A stretch of DNA of 64,000 nt from a virus (IMGVR_UViG_3300045988_019421:31999-95998), one strand, 5' to 3'. Shown: positions 22,501 to 31,102, counted from the first letter of the stretch. The notes: a model not told the origin generated them from the letters alone. Made by a program: numbers and translations.

Positions 22501-24468
22501 AAATATATTCAAGATTCATTTAAAGGACTTGTTAATTCTACTGGTTCTTTATATAATATATTTGGTGGTACTGTTAAGAATAAGACACAGGTAAGATTCC
22601 CGACAGCTTTATATGGTATCTACAATTCATTTAGTTTAAGTTCAGGTTCTAATGTTACTTTCCCAATCCACAACTCAATGTTTAGTAGATTGAAGAACTC
22701 ATTAAAATATATAACTGGACAACAAGCTATTAATGAAAGTACTTTAGGAAGTTTTCAAGGATTCACTAAACAGTTCATTAAAGAAGGAGAAGAAACATTT
22801 CCTTATGATGTATTTACTGGTTGTAGTGCTATTGTTGAAATACCGGGATTCTTTGCTAATCTTGTTCTTCCTACAAATACTGTTGTTGAACTTCCTCTTG
22901 ATTCATTTAAGACTAATTACAATCTTACTAACATAGCAAACTTATACTTTGATATGAAGAATTGTAAGTATAGTCTTACTGGTAAAGGTTTCTCTAATTG
23001 TAAAATAGTTAATGCTTATAGATGTTTCTCTGAAACAGAGAATACTTACGTTAAGAAAGGTTCTGTTCCTTATGGACTATTCTATATGGAAGCTACTAAT
23101 AATTATAGTTGGAAAGGCTGGAATGAAACCGATGCTTCTACTAATAGTATAAATGAGAACTACGGTATTGATGAACATGGAGAATGGATTCCTGATGAAC
23201 AAGCACCAATGCCTACTGAAATCACTTATAATAAACAGAGAACTCTTCCTAGAAAGACAATAGTTAATATGTCTTATTGTTTAGAGAGATTCCAAAGTAC
23301 GGAAGCACAGGCTTATACTATGAATTATGGTAATCTTACTCCAAGTAATTATGGAGATATTATAGTACCTAATGAAAAGTATAATCCAGTTAAGTATATT
23401 CTTAATCCTAATTATGACCCTAGAGAATATCTTGATGAAGAGCAGACAATGATTAACTATAATAGAGATATTCATAGAGTAATCATAAATAAAGATTATG
23501 ATAAATATGAATATGCTTGGAATGAATATGTCTACGATGGACTTAGTGGACTTGAAGATATTATATTAAATAGTAGTCTTTATACAGCTGTTTCAAATGG
23601 AACAATAAATTGTTCTCCTACTATACCTGATGTATTTAAAGATACTGCTGCTTCAATTGCTCCACCTAGTTCTGTTCATGCTAATAGAAAAGTATTAAAT
23701 TACTTATGTTCGCCTGACTTATTCTATTATTGTACTAATGGGACTAATATGGTTATCAACGGTGTATTTAGTGGTAGCGGTAGACCTAATGGAAACCCAA
23801 CATACGATTACTTTAATTATGGTATTCGTGGTCGTATTCCAACTAACTTATTTAAACCGGTTAGTAATGTTACTAATTTATCAATGACATTCTATCGTTG
23901 TCCTTTAATTCTTCCATATAAATGGAATAATTCCACAGGGGATATTGGTGAAATGTTCTCTAAGGAAATGTTCGCAGGATTAACTAAATTAACTAATATA
24001 TCTTATATGTTCTATTTCTGTGTAATTCCTGCTGATGTTATTGTGCCTGTTGAATTTGTAATTGATTGTATTAACTTACAGGATATATCTTGTTTGTTCT
24101 TAGCAGCACAATTTGAATCAACTGCTAGTCAAGCACAACAAATAGACGATAATATATTCGCTAAGAATGTCAATCTAAAGAATATTAGTTATGCTTTTGC
24201 TAGTGGACAAAACCAAGGAGATTGGTCAGATAGAAGTCCTAAGAAGATTAGTTCTACATTGTTTAATGCTAATAAACATAAACAACTTACTAATGTTACT
24301 GGTGTATTCTATAATGCAACTTCTACTACTGGTAGTGTTCCTGAATTTTGGAATTGGCTAAATAGTCTATCCTCTGTTAATAGAGCGAATGTATTCTATG
24401 CTATGCGTAAAGCTAATCTTACTAATGGTAATAGTGTTCCTAGTGGATGGAATACAGGTATGGTATAA
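16594..24468 (+). CDS. Giant tail fibre/receptor-binding protein with LamG-like, CotH-like and LRR/BspA-like repeat regions
   Basis: Start at ATG 16594 (the ORF track uses TTG 16588). Gly linker GGGGSGGGGGATG. LamG-like region about 18150-18620 (FADVNFYDIKLFRVPANDKEIV). CotH-like region about 19100-20480 (LGIYSFNLGRG; VDSLGKNLTLVCYD..KWFIRFYDMDTGNGLDN). LRRs at 20950-21560 (CKRLKTVTIDSCDKITELNLSNLRDLHTIRITSCPNLKSI). Degenerate F..C..L repeats continue to the C-terminus. Confidence 0.65.
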   Translation: MADNIKRYNPKTGNWDISSSGKATGIVVEDPRLIDPEVAEEGVTGESLNDVLVRHEEELKKHGGYIAWLAEHGGGGSGGGGGATGDKITLTNGNIVKEGNINYLYSTVTTNIKLEYLITSSKNNKRYFITVTLDGNNIIEGKEAWTNTPGTLNIPQLDKFSANSNHSVVITASDTDGFSAESYLLNIVEASIKLTSTVSGNTATVGLDYFFTYSIISKIIGSDVNLVVTNVTNGATKTIELGKTTSTAPKQVNVNLWELGNIIAGSSYTIQAQAFTSMNEATVQSDKVTNRVVVEDGINLVVLVEGITSKAEVDAGVERTKFSQSSNVSFAFTPYLAGVSLIYYAVRIEHNGITKDIGYFDEGNYNDNQYVQRGKQQVFSYAIPTEGDVIGNWNITLRCWSEKGNPVTDTVLACEVVSSSQALIADQNPNSSRYASWHVRQESFPQVSTTKVWTSNEPTFTAPGSITPSGAITNLNVYNTNGVLSGFLTENGQSMLRISGEAYGVIDVQPFKDDITTLNNWSRQGFGLSCTFKSDIHPFSKRTIFFIGDYNTDEQFSEGIKVGLEDIIWSYTDGNIKETISCKIQQNVINTVDFIVNKNQGKMIVGIFINGILNAAREIKTDFTWKTNSKIYLGCDISNSGQIQNFADVNFYDIKLFRVPANDKEIVINAMNSRAKATLLSDGSVDFTEYNRMKLKNFFSTSDSEPHSILWDDINQTYASVNFNSLISDTTRVLPVDIMLINCANTGFTRAIFEEIGGQNNNWYSGCTMSYFSPTSGKSSSEYTTDVSVSKQGTSTLNNLIKNLEIRFDKMLKDDDGGNLDYELFQPRETWFPERQFTLKADVVDSAHANNASIGKWINDNSDFLFEKTPPMEQLESHRPVDTRDRTVKDKVTIKQTLEGFPIILLIQFDGEETQTMLGIYSFNLGRGAYYNMGFRFLKDFTTKIKNTAGEYVDNKLPAFVTSYHTYAQDELFGNIDQRKVHSYEFGENANVIVDGEKTLPLALFMQDDLSIIKHVGEFKYNGGNWLEPSAPVTDDNVWRALQELFSIFAQMTSSTVKKYIWNEASGGYEETAGEYPAQSSWSTLAAELDTKFSIKNAYSYLLVCVKYGLVDSLGKNLTLVCYDVGGVNKWFIRFYDMDTGNGLDNVALESVAKTAWLDTFSNNDKNDVNSLIITKNAADGGYDTYSSRMWDVLRDTIFANTGIFDSSLETLWDLWRNNATICKDINDYIDNYFAAQTKDCGELLFNYDYNVKYLTAYVGESGGQPSYANIEFLHGTRVEYVRDWMKKRVWFFDGVFKYSNAANIQPYNNKGTFSAGGAEATNPKLIITSNCPAIFVVNIGNTTDTRYFLEEGKPTEIRLSPISSFNTQITINNTPQINDIEGLGGMRFQRFMSTMKLPSFSKLDLSSVDTLSDSPIPFETVFVNDEGYSDVRHIDLSNTKFWSGNIGQGTFTVNIEKYTKLKDLNISSSIVTSISLPNASLALLNITNSAVEGISLVNQPFLDRLDFSGCKRLKTVTIDSCDKITELNLSNLRDLHTIRITSCPNLKSIICTNNINLTTFNVSNCNNVEIINVSQCTNESLTVYIVGVPNIKELNVSSTNTPNDIQVASSLPNLRTLNISNSQVSAIQYGNAAIPTYKENKIFDISKLNLTSLSVQNAKGVHYFKFDNNRNTPFNVGGSFFVGCSNLKRVFGHIKLNGTSIFAQCGNFYIHEPKEKVKGITPDYGGEWFGSDTSTEEGKTAWDNNTDLGTNFTIGTTNCTSMFNATNCSIYDVYYFLYKCYDVTTLDSCFASAKNIKWDLLDSPRRNMFNHCTKVVTMNSLFWGLQEQDFKILTSTYDFGSTEHNGLFSPLVSLQAMDSIFYFSGTRYTSPAFLAKFKGNVPSKLKRLSIFSTGTVKFVDNINNCPSDSTIDEHLVNADCGTLLANLPDLEYLNTMFNGSNIDFNQITDEDVEDEVKYCPLFYKNTKLKYIQDSFKGLVNSTGSLYNIFGGTVKNKTQVRFPTALYGIYNSFSLSSGSNVTFPIHNSMFSRLKNSLKYITGQQAINESTLGSFQGFTKQFIKEGEETFPYDVFTGCSAIVEIPGFFANLVLPTNTVVELPLDSFKTNYNLTNIANLYFDMKNCKYSLTGKGFSNCKIVNAYRCFSETENTYVKKGSVPYGLFYMEATNNYSWKGWNETDASTNSINENYGIDEHGEWIPDEQAPMPTEITYNKQRTLPRKTIVNMSYCLERFQSTEAQAYTMNYGNLTPSNYGDIIVPNEKYNPVKYILNPNYDPREYLDEEQTMINYNRDIHRVIINKDYDKYEYAWNEYVYDGLSGLEDIILNSSLYTAVSNGTINCSPTIPDVFKDTAASIAPPSSVHANRKVLNYLCSPDLFYYCTNGTNMVINGVFSGSGRPNGNPTYDYFNYGIRGRIPTNLFKPVSNVTNLSMTFYRCPLILPYKWNNSTGDIGEMFSKEMFAGLTKLTNISYMFYFCVIPADVIVPVEFVIDCINLQDISCLFLAAQFESTASQAQQIDDNIFAKNVNLKNISYAFASGQNQGDWSDRSPKKISSTLFNANKHKQLTNVTGVFYNATSTTGSVPEFWNWLNSLSSVNRANVFYAMRKANLTNGNSVPSGWNTGMV

Positions 24469-24522
24469 CAAAAAGTTGATAATAGTATTATGTAATTAAA
24501 CAAAATTTAGTTTCTTGTAGCG

Positions 24523-24574
24523 TCCCCCATAAAGGAGTGAGTATTAACAGTAATCACATCTCTTTAAGGGGGAA
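24523..24574. repeat. Intergenic imperfect inverted pair of the TCCCCCNTAAAG(G)AG motif
   Basis: TCCCCCATAAAGGAG (24523-24537) and CTCTTTAAGGGGGAA (24560-24574) are separated by 22 nt. Confidence 0.85.
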
Positions 24575-24894
24575 TGTTACAAAGACCAATTAATAATCAT
24601 TTAAAAGTAATTATCATGGATAGTCGTATTTATAACAGAGCTAATGCAGCTAATAGTTTACAGATTTCTATAATGGGTAAAGTTGATGCTGTTGCAGAGT
24701 TTTCTATTCCTAATGGAATGGGTGGTAAAGAACCTTTCTTATTAAAGAATATAACCGAAGACCCAATACAAGTAGAAGTAGTTCTTGCAGGTATGGAAGA
24801 ACCTATTACTACAACTATTTATTCCGGTTGGAATGTTGAGTTAGTTAAACAAGTTAATAACGCTGTTGCTGATACGTTACAATATGGGTACTAA
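24574..24894 (+). CDS. Hypothetical small protein (alternative start ATG 24616)
   Basis: 106-aa ORF. The first ATG overlaps the motif arm, and the in-frame ATG at 24616 (MDSRIY) is equally plausible. The 3' end overlaps the next gene's ATG (24884). Confidence 0.55.
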   Translation: MLQRPINNHLKVIIMDSRIYNRANAANSLQISIMGKVDAVAEFSIPNGMGGKEPFLLKNITEDPIQVEVVLAGMEEPITTTIYSGWNVELVKQVNNAVADTLQYGY

Positions 24895-27800
24895 TACTGG
24901 ACTTGGTATAGGTATCGGTATTCCTTTTAAGAACAATGCTCTTGGTGGAGATAAGCCTTATTTTCCACCAGAGCTTAAAGCTCGACTTATTGGAGTTTGG
25001 GATAATTACGGTAAAAAGAATACTGATGCTGATAGGAATATTATTAAGAATAAGATTCCTAATGCAGGAGGAGATTTAGAGATTCTAAATGCTGCATATA
25101 AGTTAAATAGTGGATTTGGTGAGTATAAAGAAGATTTTACTAGTTGGAGAATATATCCAAATATAGAAGTTACCGATAACGTAATTACTACTAATGGAAA
25201 TTTTAATTCTACTTGGTTTATATATAAGCACTCTAATGAGAATGAAATAAATGAAATAAATATAAAAGTTTCAGGTATTCCTGAAGGAGGAAAAATTTTA
25301 TATTTCTATATTCCTGATGAAACAGCTACTATGCCTGTTTCATATAATATATCAAAAGATGGCGTTTATCATTTACCCAAATCCAAACTAAGTAGTAATA
25401 GAGTTAGTGTAGGATTTACAGTAAGTAGTTCTTATGATTGGAATAATATAAGAATTGAACAACTGTCTGACTTCGGAGGAGCGTTTGTTACTGATGGAAT
25501 AAACGACATGATTATTAGTCAAAAGACTCTTCAAGAAATGGGAGTTACTAAAGAACTTACTATTGTTAGTATGATTCATCAAATATCTTGGAGAGGTTCT
25601 GCTTCTATTCCATTAACTAATTATATTAGAAATGGAGATACTTTTATAAGAAATTCTATTAGTAATATTGGTAAAACTGGAATATATGGTTATACATGTT
25701 TTAATATTAAAAATGTTAATTCTAGTGCTTCTAAAGTAATAAATAATATATTAGGAGATAAGAATGACTATATTGTAGAATATAGAGGAGATATATTATC
25801 GGAAAGATTTAGTGTACAAGGATATATAGACGGTAATGGTAATATACTTGAAACAAGTAGTGTTGCTCATTATTGGACTTTTGCTGTATTAGGTAAAGCT
25901 ACCGAAGATGAGATTAATCTTATCATTGGTAACTATAATCTTGACCGTAGTCTTAAACCTGATATATTATGTAATATAGGTAAGCAAGGTATTACTAATG
26001 ATAATCATGCTGACTTTAATAATAAACTTATTGATTATAGCGGTAATAACAGAGATATTCAAATGAATAATCTAGCTTGGAAAGGAGGTAGTGGTATTGC
26101 AGCTAAGAAATTTGAAACGATTAAAGATTATAGTATTATTCCTGATGAAGGACTACAAGAATTAACTATCTATAATGAATTTAGTTTTAAAATTAAATCT
26201 ATTAGATATGCAGATAGATATTGGGCTGTACAATCTTTAAATAAAACAAATATATCTTATCCAGTAACAATTATTACAGATAAAGATATTATTTGGAGAA
26301 ATGCTTTAAATTATACTGATGCAGATGGTGTAAAAGGTAGTGTAAGAAAAGAAACAAATGTTCCTGCTAATACTCCTACGCAAGTATTTATTTATGGATT
26401 CAATGACTTTGATATATCAGATGATTATACTAAAGTAAATTGTGTTGCTTATGCTGCTAGAAAAGATATAACCGAATTTACAGTTACTTTTATTCCTAGT
26501 TATAAAGGAGGATTATTACTTGATGGTATAACTGACTTCGGTAAGGTGACAGGGATGCCTGTTTACAAGGATTATACTTTCATTATAGATAGAAAGTTTT
26601 TAAATGAAACATTTGCTAATCAAGTATGCTTAGCAAGTAAATCTAAAGTGGCAGTAGAAGGAGAAAATGGTGGTGCTTTTACTGTTGATAATATTAGTGT
26701 TAATTCTATTATTAACCCTTATAGTTTTTATAAGACCACTAGTTTGCCAGGTTTAAATACTTTTGATAGACAGATAGTATTTCAAAGTAAATACAAATAT
26801 CTTGATAAAGATATTGCTGCTGGTACTGCTACTGATAGTGATACTTTATGGTTAGGAACATTTAGAGATAACGATAGTCGATTTGCTAATGTGGCTATCT
26901 ACTCTCTCATGTCCTTCCCATATAGTATGTCCGAGTTCTTGATAGAGCGCCAGTTGAAGAAGCATAAGCTGGGTACGCTGTATCCGGATATGGTTGAATT
27001 TAGACCTGTTATTAAAGCTAATGCTAATTATAAGATAACATATTATCAAATAGATAGTACTAATACTTGGAAGTCAATAAAGGTAGGTGATTACATTGTT
27101 ATCGGAGCAAAATTAGCTTTTCAAATTACTTTTGATAATGATGCTAGTGAACTTAAAGAAGTTGTAAGCCCTCAATTATCAGGTATAATTGTTGAGAAAA
27201 GACCGTCAAATCCGGGATATAATATATATAGTTATATAACTTCTAAATCCCCTCAAAAGATAAACATCACTATTGATGAGTACATTAGATACGAGGATAT
27301 TGTGCAGCCATATCCTGTAATATTCCAAATCACAGATAGAAATACCAATCAAAGATATAGTTGGGGAGACAAGATTAAAGTAGGAAGTTCTATACGGCTT
27401 AGTCAAAGTGAAAAACTAAATCTTCTTTCTGGATTATATAGTATTAAGAGTTACGAATACGAAGGAGAAACGTATAGTTATAATCAACTAACTAATCTTA
27501 ATATTATATTAACTAAGCAATCTATTTCATTATCTTGTAATAAGACTTGGCTTCTTGATGATAATGAACCTAAATGCATTCTTTCTCCTAGACTACTACG
27601 TATCCCAAACTCTAGCTATAAGATATTAGGTCATATCCCCGATATATCCGGTCATGGTAATCATGGTAAGATAAACAATTCTGCTTATGCAGAAGGAAGC
27701 GGAGTTAATGAAGATGGTTCATATCAATTTGATGGCGTAGACGACTTTGTTACTATCCCTACTGTTGCAGGTAAGCAAGTATTAATGAAACTTAATTGGC

Positions 27801-29224
27801 AAAATAAGGCACTAGGAAATCTAATATACGACCAAAGAGATAATGGTAGTACTACTAGTTTCGCCATTATGCCAGTAAATATTAATGATTCTACAAATAA
27901 CAAAATTGCTTATCAAGCACGAAATGCAAATGGGATTACTTATATTGATGGTATTAGAAATGAATATATAGAAAGTTATAGCCTTGAAAATATAATTCAT
28001 AATATTACTATTACAAATCCTGATGTTAGTAATAAAACAGTTGCTCTTGGAGCTAGTAATAAATCTACTGCTGATTGTTTTGCTAAAATGTCTCTCTACG
28101 ACTTTATGCTGTTTGACGAAATCTCAACGGACGATAAGATTAAAGAGCTGAACGAGTATGTAGGTATTGAAGCTAAGGTAGAATTACCACCTTATTACTG
28201 GGATACTTATGGTAAAACCAATCTCGATGCAGATAAAGCTACTATTCAACAAAGAGGTGTAGCCGTAGGTGATTATGATTTAACTAATTATAATCATGCT
28301 TACGAAGGTATGAGTGGATATAATGGTTATCCTGTTGTATTTGGTATTGGTAAAACTTATGGAGGAATGCCAAGTACTGATGATTTTGCATATACTGTTT
28401 CTCCAACTACTGTAAATGTTACCAAATTTAATATTACTCATGGTTTTATTTACAGTTATTTAAAGCATAATGGAGAATTAGAAACACAGAATTCAGATTA
28501 TCCTTCGTATAAGATAAAGGTTACTGGACTTGAAAAAGGTTTTGGATTACATTATTCTTATCTTAAGAATCCTTCTGATGCTAATCTTAGTGCATTTGGT
28601 ATAGGTACTGATGGTACTTATACTATTCCTAAATCTTTTGCAAGTGATGGAAGTTTGATAAATAACAATGTTTGGATAGGTTTTATATTTACTGGTACTG
28701 CACCTGAATCATGTAATGTTACTATCGAAGTTCTTCCTGAATATGAAAATGGTTTAGCTTATGATGGAATAGAAGATTTTAGTGATAATAAGAACATTCC
28801 TATATTTACAGATTTTACTGCTATTATAAAAAGAATTGATTTAGATGCTAAGAATAATAATTCTTCTGTAATGTTTAAAGGAAATAAAATCTATGAAAGT
28901 GGTATTGGAAATGGTTTTATTTTAGATTATCATTATGATAGTAAAAACTATGTTTATAGTTATGGTAAAGTAAATCGGATAGAACGAGATAATTCTAAGA
29001 TTATTTATTTAACTCCTGAAAGTTATAATGGTAATCCTATTATAAAAGGTGAAAATGGAGATAATCTAGGATTAATACTTGGTAAATATTGGAAAGGAAT
29101 AATCTATAAAACAATTCTATATTCTAAGACTATCTCGTTACTAGAAATTAATTTCCTAAAGAACCTGATGGAAAAGGATGAAATAATTGATTTAAATAAC
29201 CCAATATTTATAAAAAATGAATAA
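24884..29224 (+). CDS. Tail fibre/receptor-binding protein with four LamG/ConA-like modules
   Basis: I prefer ATG 24884 (the ORF track uses TTG 24866). Repeated module starts: GGAFVTDGINDM, GGLLLDGITDFG, YQFDGVDDFVTIP, NGLAYDGIEDFS. The clearest Laminin_G_3-like pattern is at about 27650-28165 (VALGAS...FAKMSLYDFMLFDEISTDDKIKEL). Confidence 0.65.
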   Translation: MGTNTGLGIGIGIPFKNNALGGDKPYFPPELKARLIGVWDNYGKKNTDADRNIIKNKIPNAGGDLEILNAAYKLNSGFGEYKEDFTSWRIYPNIEVTDNVITTNGNFNSTWFIYKHSNENEINEINIKVSGIPEGGKILYFYIPDETATMPVSYNISKDGVYHLPKSKLSSNRVSVGFTVSSSYDWNNIRIEQLSDFGGAFVTDGINDMIISQKTLQEMGVTKELTIVSMIHQISWRGSASIPLTNYIRNGDTFIRNSISNIGKTGIYGYTCFNIKNVNSSASKVINNILGDKNDYIVEYRGDILSERFSVQGYIDGNGNILETSSVAHYWTFAVLGKATEDEINLIIGNYNLDRSLKPDILCNIGKQGITNDNHADFNNKLIDYSGNNRDIQMNNLAWKGGSGIAAKKFETIKDYSIIPDEGLQELTIYNEFSFKIKSIRYADRYWAVQSLNKTNISYPVTIITDKDIIWRNALNYTDADGVKGSVRKETNVPANTPTQVFIYGFNDFDISDDYTKVNCVAYAARKDITEFTVTFIPSYKGGLLLDGITDFGKVTGMPVYKDYTFIIDRKFLNETFANQVCLASKSKVAVEGENGGAFTVDNISVNSIINPYSFYKTTSLPGLNTFDRQIVFQSKYKYLDKDIAAGTATDSDTLWLGTFRDNDSRFANVAIYSLMSFPYSMSEFLIERQLKKHKLGTLYPDMVEFRPVIKANANYKITYYQIDSTNTWKSIKVGDYIVIGAKLAFQITFDNDASELKEVVSPQLSGIIVEKRPSNPGYNIYSYITSKSPQKINITIDEYIRYEDIVQPYPVIFQITDRNTNQRYSWGDKIKVGSSIRLSQSEKLNLLSGLYSIKSYEYEGETYSYNQLTNLNIILTKQSISLSCNKTWLLDDNEPKCILSPRLLRIPNSSYKILGHIPDISGHGNHGKINNSAYAEGSGVNEDGSYQFDGVDDFVTIPTVAGKQVLMKLNWQNKALGNLIYDQRDNGSTTSFAIMPVNINDSTNNKIAYQARNANGITYIDGIRNEYIESYSLENIIHNITITNPDVSNKTVALGASNKSTADCFAKMSLYDFMLFDEISTDDKIKELNEYVGIEAKVELPPYYWDTYGKTNLDADKATIQQRGVAVGDYDLTNYNHAYEGMSGYNGYPVVFGIGKTYGGMPSTDDFAYTVSPTTVNVTKFNITHGFIYSYLKHNGELETQNSDYPSYKIKVTGLEKGFGLHYSYLKNPSDANLSAFGIGTDGTYTIPKSFASDGSLINNNVWIGFIFTGTAPESCNVTIEVLPEYENGLAYDGIEDFSDNKNIPIFTDFTAIIKRIDLDAKNNNSSVMFKGNKIYESGIGNGFILDYHYDSKNYVYSYGKVNRIERDNSKIIYLTPESYNGNPIIKGENGDNLGLILGKYWKGIIYKTILYSKTISLLEINFLKNLMEKDEIIDLNNPIFIKNE

Positions 29225-29323
29225 ATGAAAATAATGCCTTATAAACTACTTAAAGTAGTTTATATAATACTTGCTATAATTGCAGTAGTTATGTATACAT
29301 TAAGTTTAATATTTAATATTTAA
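29225..29323 (+). CDS. Possible 32-aa single-TM peptide (below the ORF-track size cutoff)
   Basis: The ATG follows the upstream TAA directly. Sequence MKIMPYKLLKVVYIILAIIAVVMYTLSLIFNI; stop at 29321-29323. Confidence 0.35.
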   Translation: MKIMPYKLLKVVYIILAIIAVVMYTLSLIFNI

Positions 29324-29328
29324 AGATT

Positions 29329-29637
29329 ATGATTGATTACATTGTATTTCCTGTTGCTGATATAGATGAAGAGAAGTCAGCAAAGATTGACGAACTTAAT
29401 TTAGTTCCTCGTAGTAATGTTAGTAAAGATAAAGTATTAATGAAGTGTCAACATTATGAAAAGGTGTTTCCTGAAAAAGTAACTAGAATAGTTACTACTG
29501 ATGAAGAAGGATTGGAAGTTATCAATATCGAATATCCTTATGAAACTTATTCTAATGAAGCACTTTCTACTTTATTGTCAAGTCCTGAATGGAATCCTAA
29601 AGAAGATGAGGTAATAGAAGATTCCCCCATAGAGTAG
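29329..29637 (+). CDS. Hypothetical acidic protein ending in ...DSPIE
   Basis: 102-aa ORF. Its last 15 nt, including the stop, are a copy of the motif (TCCCCCATAGAGTAG, 29623-29637). Confidence 0.6.
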   Translation: MIDYIVFPVADIDEEKSAKIDELNLVPRSNVSKDKVLMKCQHYEKVFPEKVTRIVTTDEEGLEVINIEYPYETYSNEALSTLLSSPEWNPKEDEVIEDSPIE

Positions 29638-29663
29638 TGACATTACTTTTATTGCTTAACTCT

Positions 29664-29698
29664 AAGCCCTGCTTATAACAAGTAGGGCTTTTATTTTG
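29664..29698 (+). terminator. Rho-independent terminator
   Basis: AAGCCCTGCTT (29664-29674), loop ATAAC, AAGTAGGGCTT (29680-29690, one G-U pair), then TTATTTTG. Confidence 0.7.
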
Positions 29699-29842
29699 TT
29701 CATACTATATCTAACTTTTAATAAAATTATTACTTATGGCTAAAATAGATTAATGGTCGAACTTCTTATATTATCTTTTGCTATGAGTGTATAGTAGCTA
29801 CTATAAGATATTCTTAATTTATTAATCTAAACCTTATTTATT

Positions 29843-30559
29843 ATGCAAGTAATTGAAAAAGTTAAAGTCGTTCCCGAAGGTTATAATGGCGCAGGGATGG
29901 ACGGTTATGGTCGCCGTGATGTTAACGGTAAAGCTAATGCAGGTCTTACGCTTGGTATTATCGGTACTGCTCTTGGAGCTTGGGCTTTATTTGGTAATCG
30001 TCGTTCTGCTGGTGTTCTCGGAACTGGTGCAGGTCTTATGGGAGACGGTTCTACAAACATTAATGTAGTTGGTGCAGGAATGGGAAGTGCTGGTGCTCCT
30101 ACTGCTTTCCAAGCATGGAGTAAATCTTGTGAGGATACTCTTGCTTTGCAGGGAGGTTTGTATCAGTGGGCTTTAACTCAACAGAGCCAACGCTTCCAAG
30201 ACCGTCAGGTAATAGACAGTGAAATGTTCGGTTTGTATAAGTCACAGATTGATGCAGACTTCTTGCTGTACAAGGGAAACCGTGATAACTATGATTCTCT
30301 TAAAGCAGAGATTAGCGAACTTAAAACGCAAGTTGCTGTTAGTGCTGCTATTCGTCCTTATCAGGATAAACTTATCCAGTGCGAAATCGAGAGAGCGTTC
30401 ACCGCAGGTATCAATTATGTCGATAAAAAGACTTGTAATGTTATCTATGGTGTTACTTGTCTACCTAATGAGCCTACTACAACAGGTCTTGTTGGTAGAA
30501 ATGCCAATGGTTGTCTACCGTGTGGATTTACTCAAACGGCTAGTACTCCTGCTACATAA
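29843..30559 (+). CDS. Hypothetical Gly-rich protein with one predicted TM segment
   Basis: 238-aa ORF with LTLGIIGTALGAWALFG, then a Gly/Ala-rich stretch and a helical C-terminal half. Confidence 0.65.
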   Translation: MQVIEKVKVVPEGYNGAGMDGYGRRDVNGKANAGLTLGIIGTALGAWALFGNRRSAGVLGTGAGLMGDGSTNINVVGAGMGSAGAPTAFQAWSKSCEDTLALQGGLYQWALTQQSQRFQDRQVIDSEMFGLYKSQIDADFLLYKGNRDNYDSLKAEISELKTQVAVSAAIRPYQDKLIQCEIERAFTAGINYVDKKTCNVIYGVTCLPNEPTTTGLVGRNANGCLPCGFTQTASTPAT

Positions 30560-30586
30560 TATTACTAATCAACTAAAGAATAAGTT

Positions 30587-31102
30587 ATGTTACCTATTAA
30601 TCAAGTTATACTGGGCGGAACAGACCCTTTGTTAAATACTGGAAGTCTTACCGACCAAATCCAATATTTAGAAGAACAAAAACGACTTATTGAAGCTAGA
30701 CAAAAACAGATTCAACAAGCTGCTAATGGACAACAAACTTTACAACAAGTTAGTCCTCAACAAACTGCTAAAGTAAGTGTTTGGGACTTGATTGATGCAG
30801 AGATTGAACCTCTTACTAATGAACAAAGAAATATGCTTGCTACTAATGAAGAATATGTAGCTAACTATAATAATCTTCAATCTATGGTTCAAGCAGAAGT
30901 TCTTAATTTAGTAAGAGCTAATATTGAGAATAGTCCGGAAGGCAAGGCTCTTTTAGATAATCAACTAAAGTTAGTTAAGAATCTAAAGACTAGTATAATC
31001 GAGATGTCACAAAGAGAGATGCAATTGTTCAATGCTTTTAAAGAAGCTAGTGCAAAGAATCCTTCTCTTACTTATGATGAATTTATTAAAACTATGAAGT
31101 AA
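30587..31102 (+). CDS. Hypothetical protein (Gln-rich, helical)
   Basis: 171-aa ORF in the same operon. Confidence 0.65.
   Translation: MLPINQVILGGTDPLLNTGSLTDQIQYLEEQKRLIEARQKQIQQAANGQQTLQQVSPQQTAKVSVWDLIDAEIEPLTNEQRNMLATNEEYVANYNNLQSMVQAEVLNLVRANIENSPEGKALLDNQLKLVKNLKTSIIEMSQREMQLFNAFKEASAKNPSLTYDEFIKTMK

Noticed and set aside
24531-24537. The AAGGAG part of the motif acting as a Shine-Dalgarno site.
   Set aside because: Most copies have no start codon at a suitable distance, half are in the opposite orientation, and Bacteroidota generally make little use of SD-led initiation.
29853-30635. Alternative-frame + strand ORFs 29853..30068 and 30219..30635, plus similar off-frame + ORFs such as 5743..5988, 6013..6222, 7196..7405, 9250..9564 and 10439..10681.
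   Set aside because: They are embedded in longer ORFs in another frame. Their Leu/Val/Met-rich translations are typical of frame-shifted reading of ggt/gct/act-rich genes.
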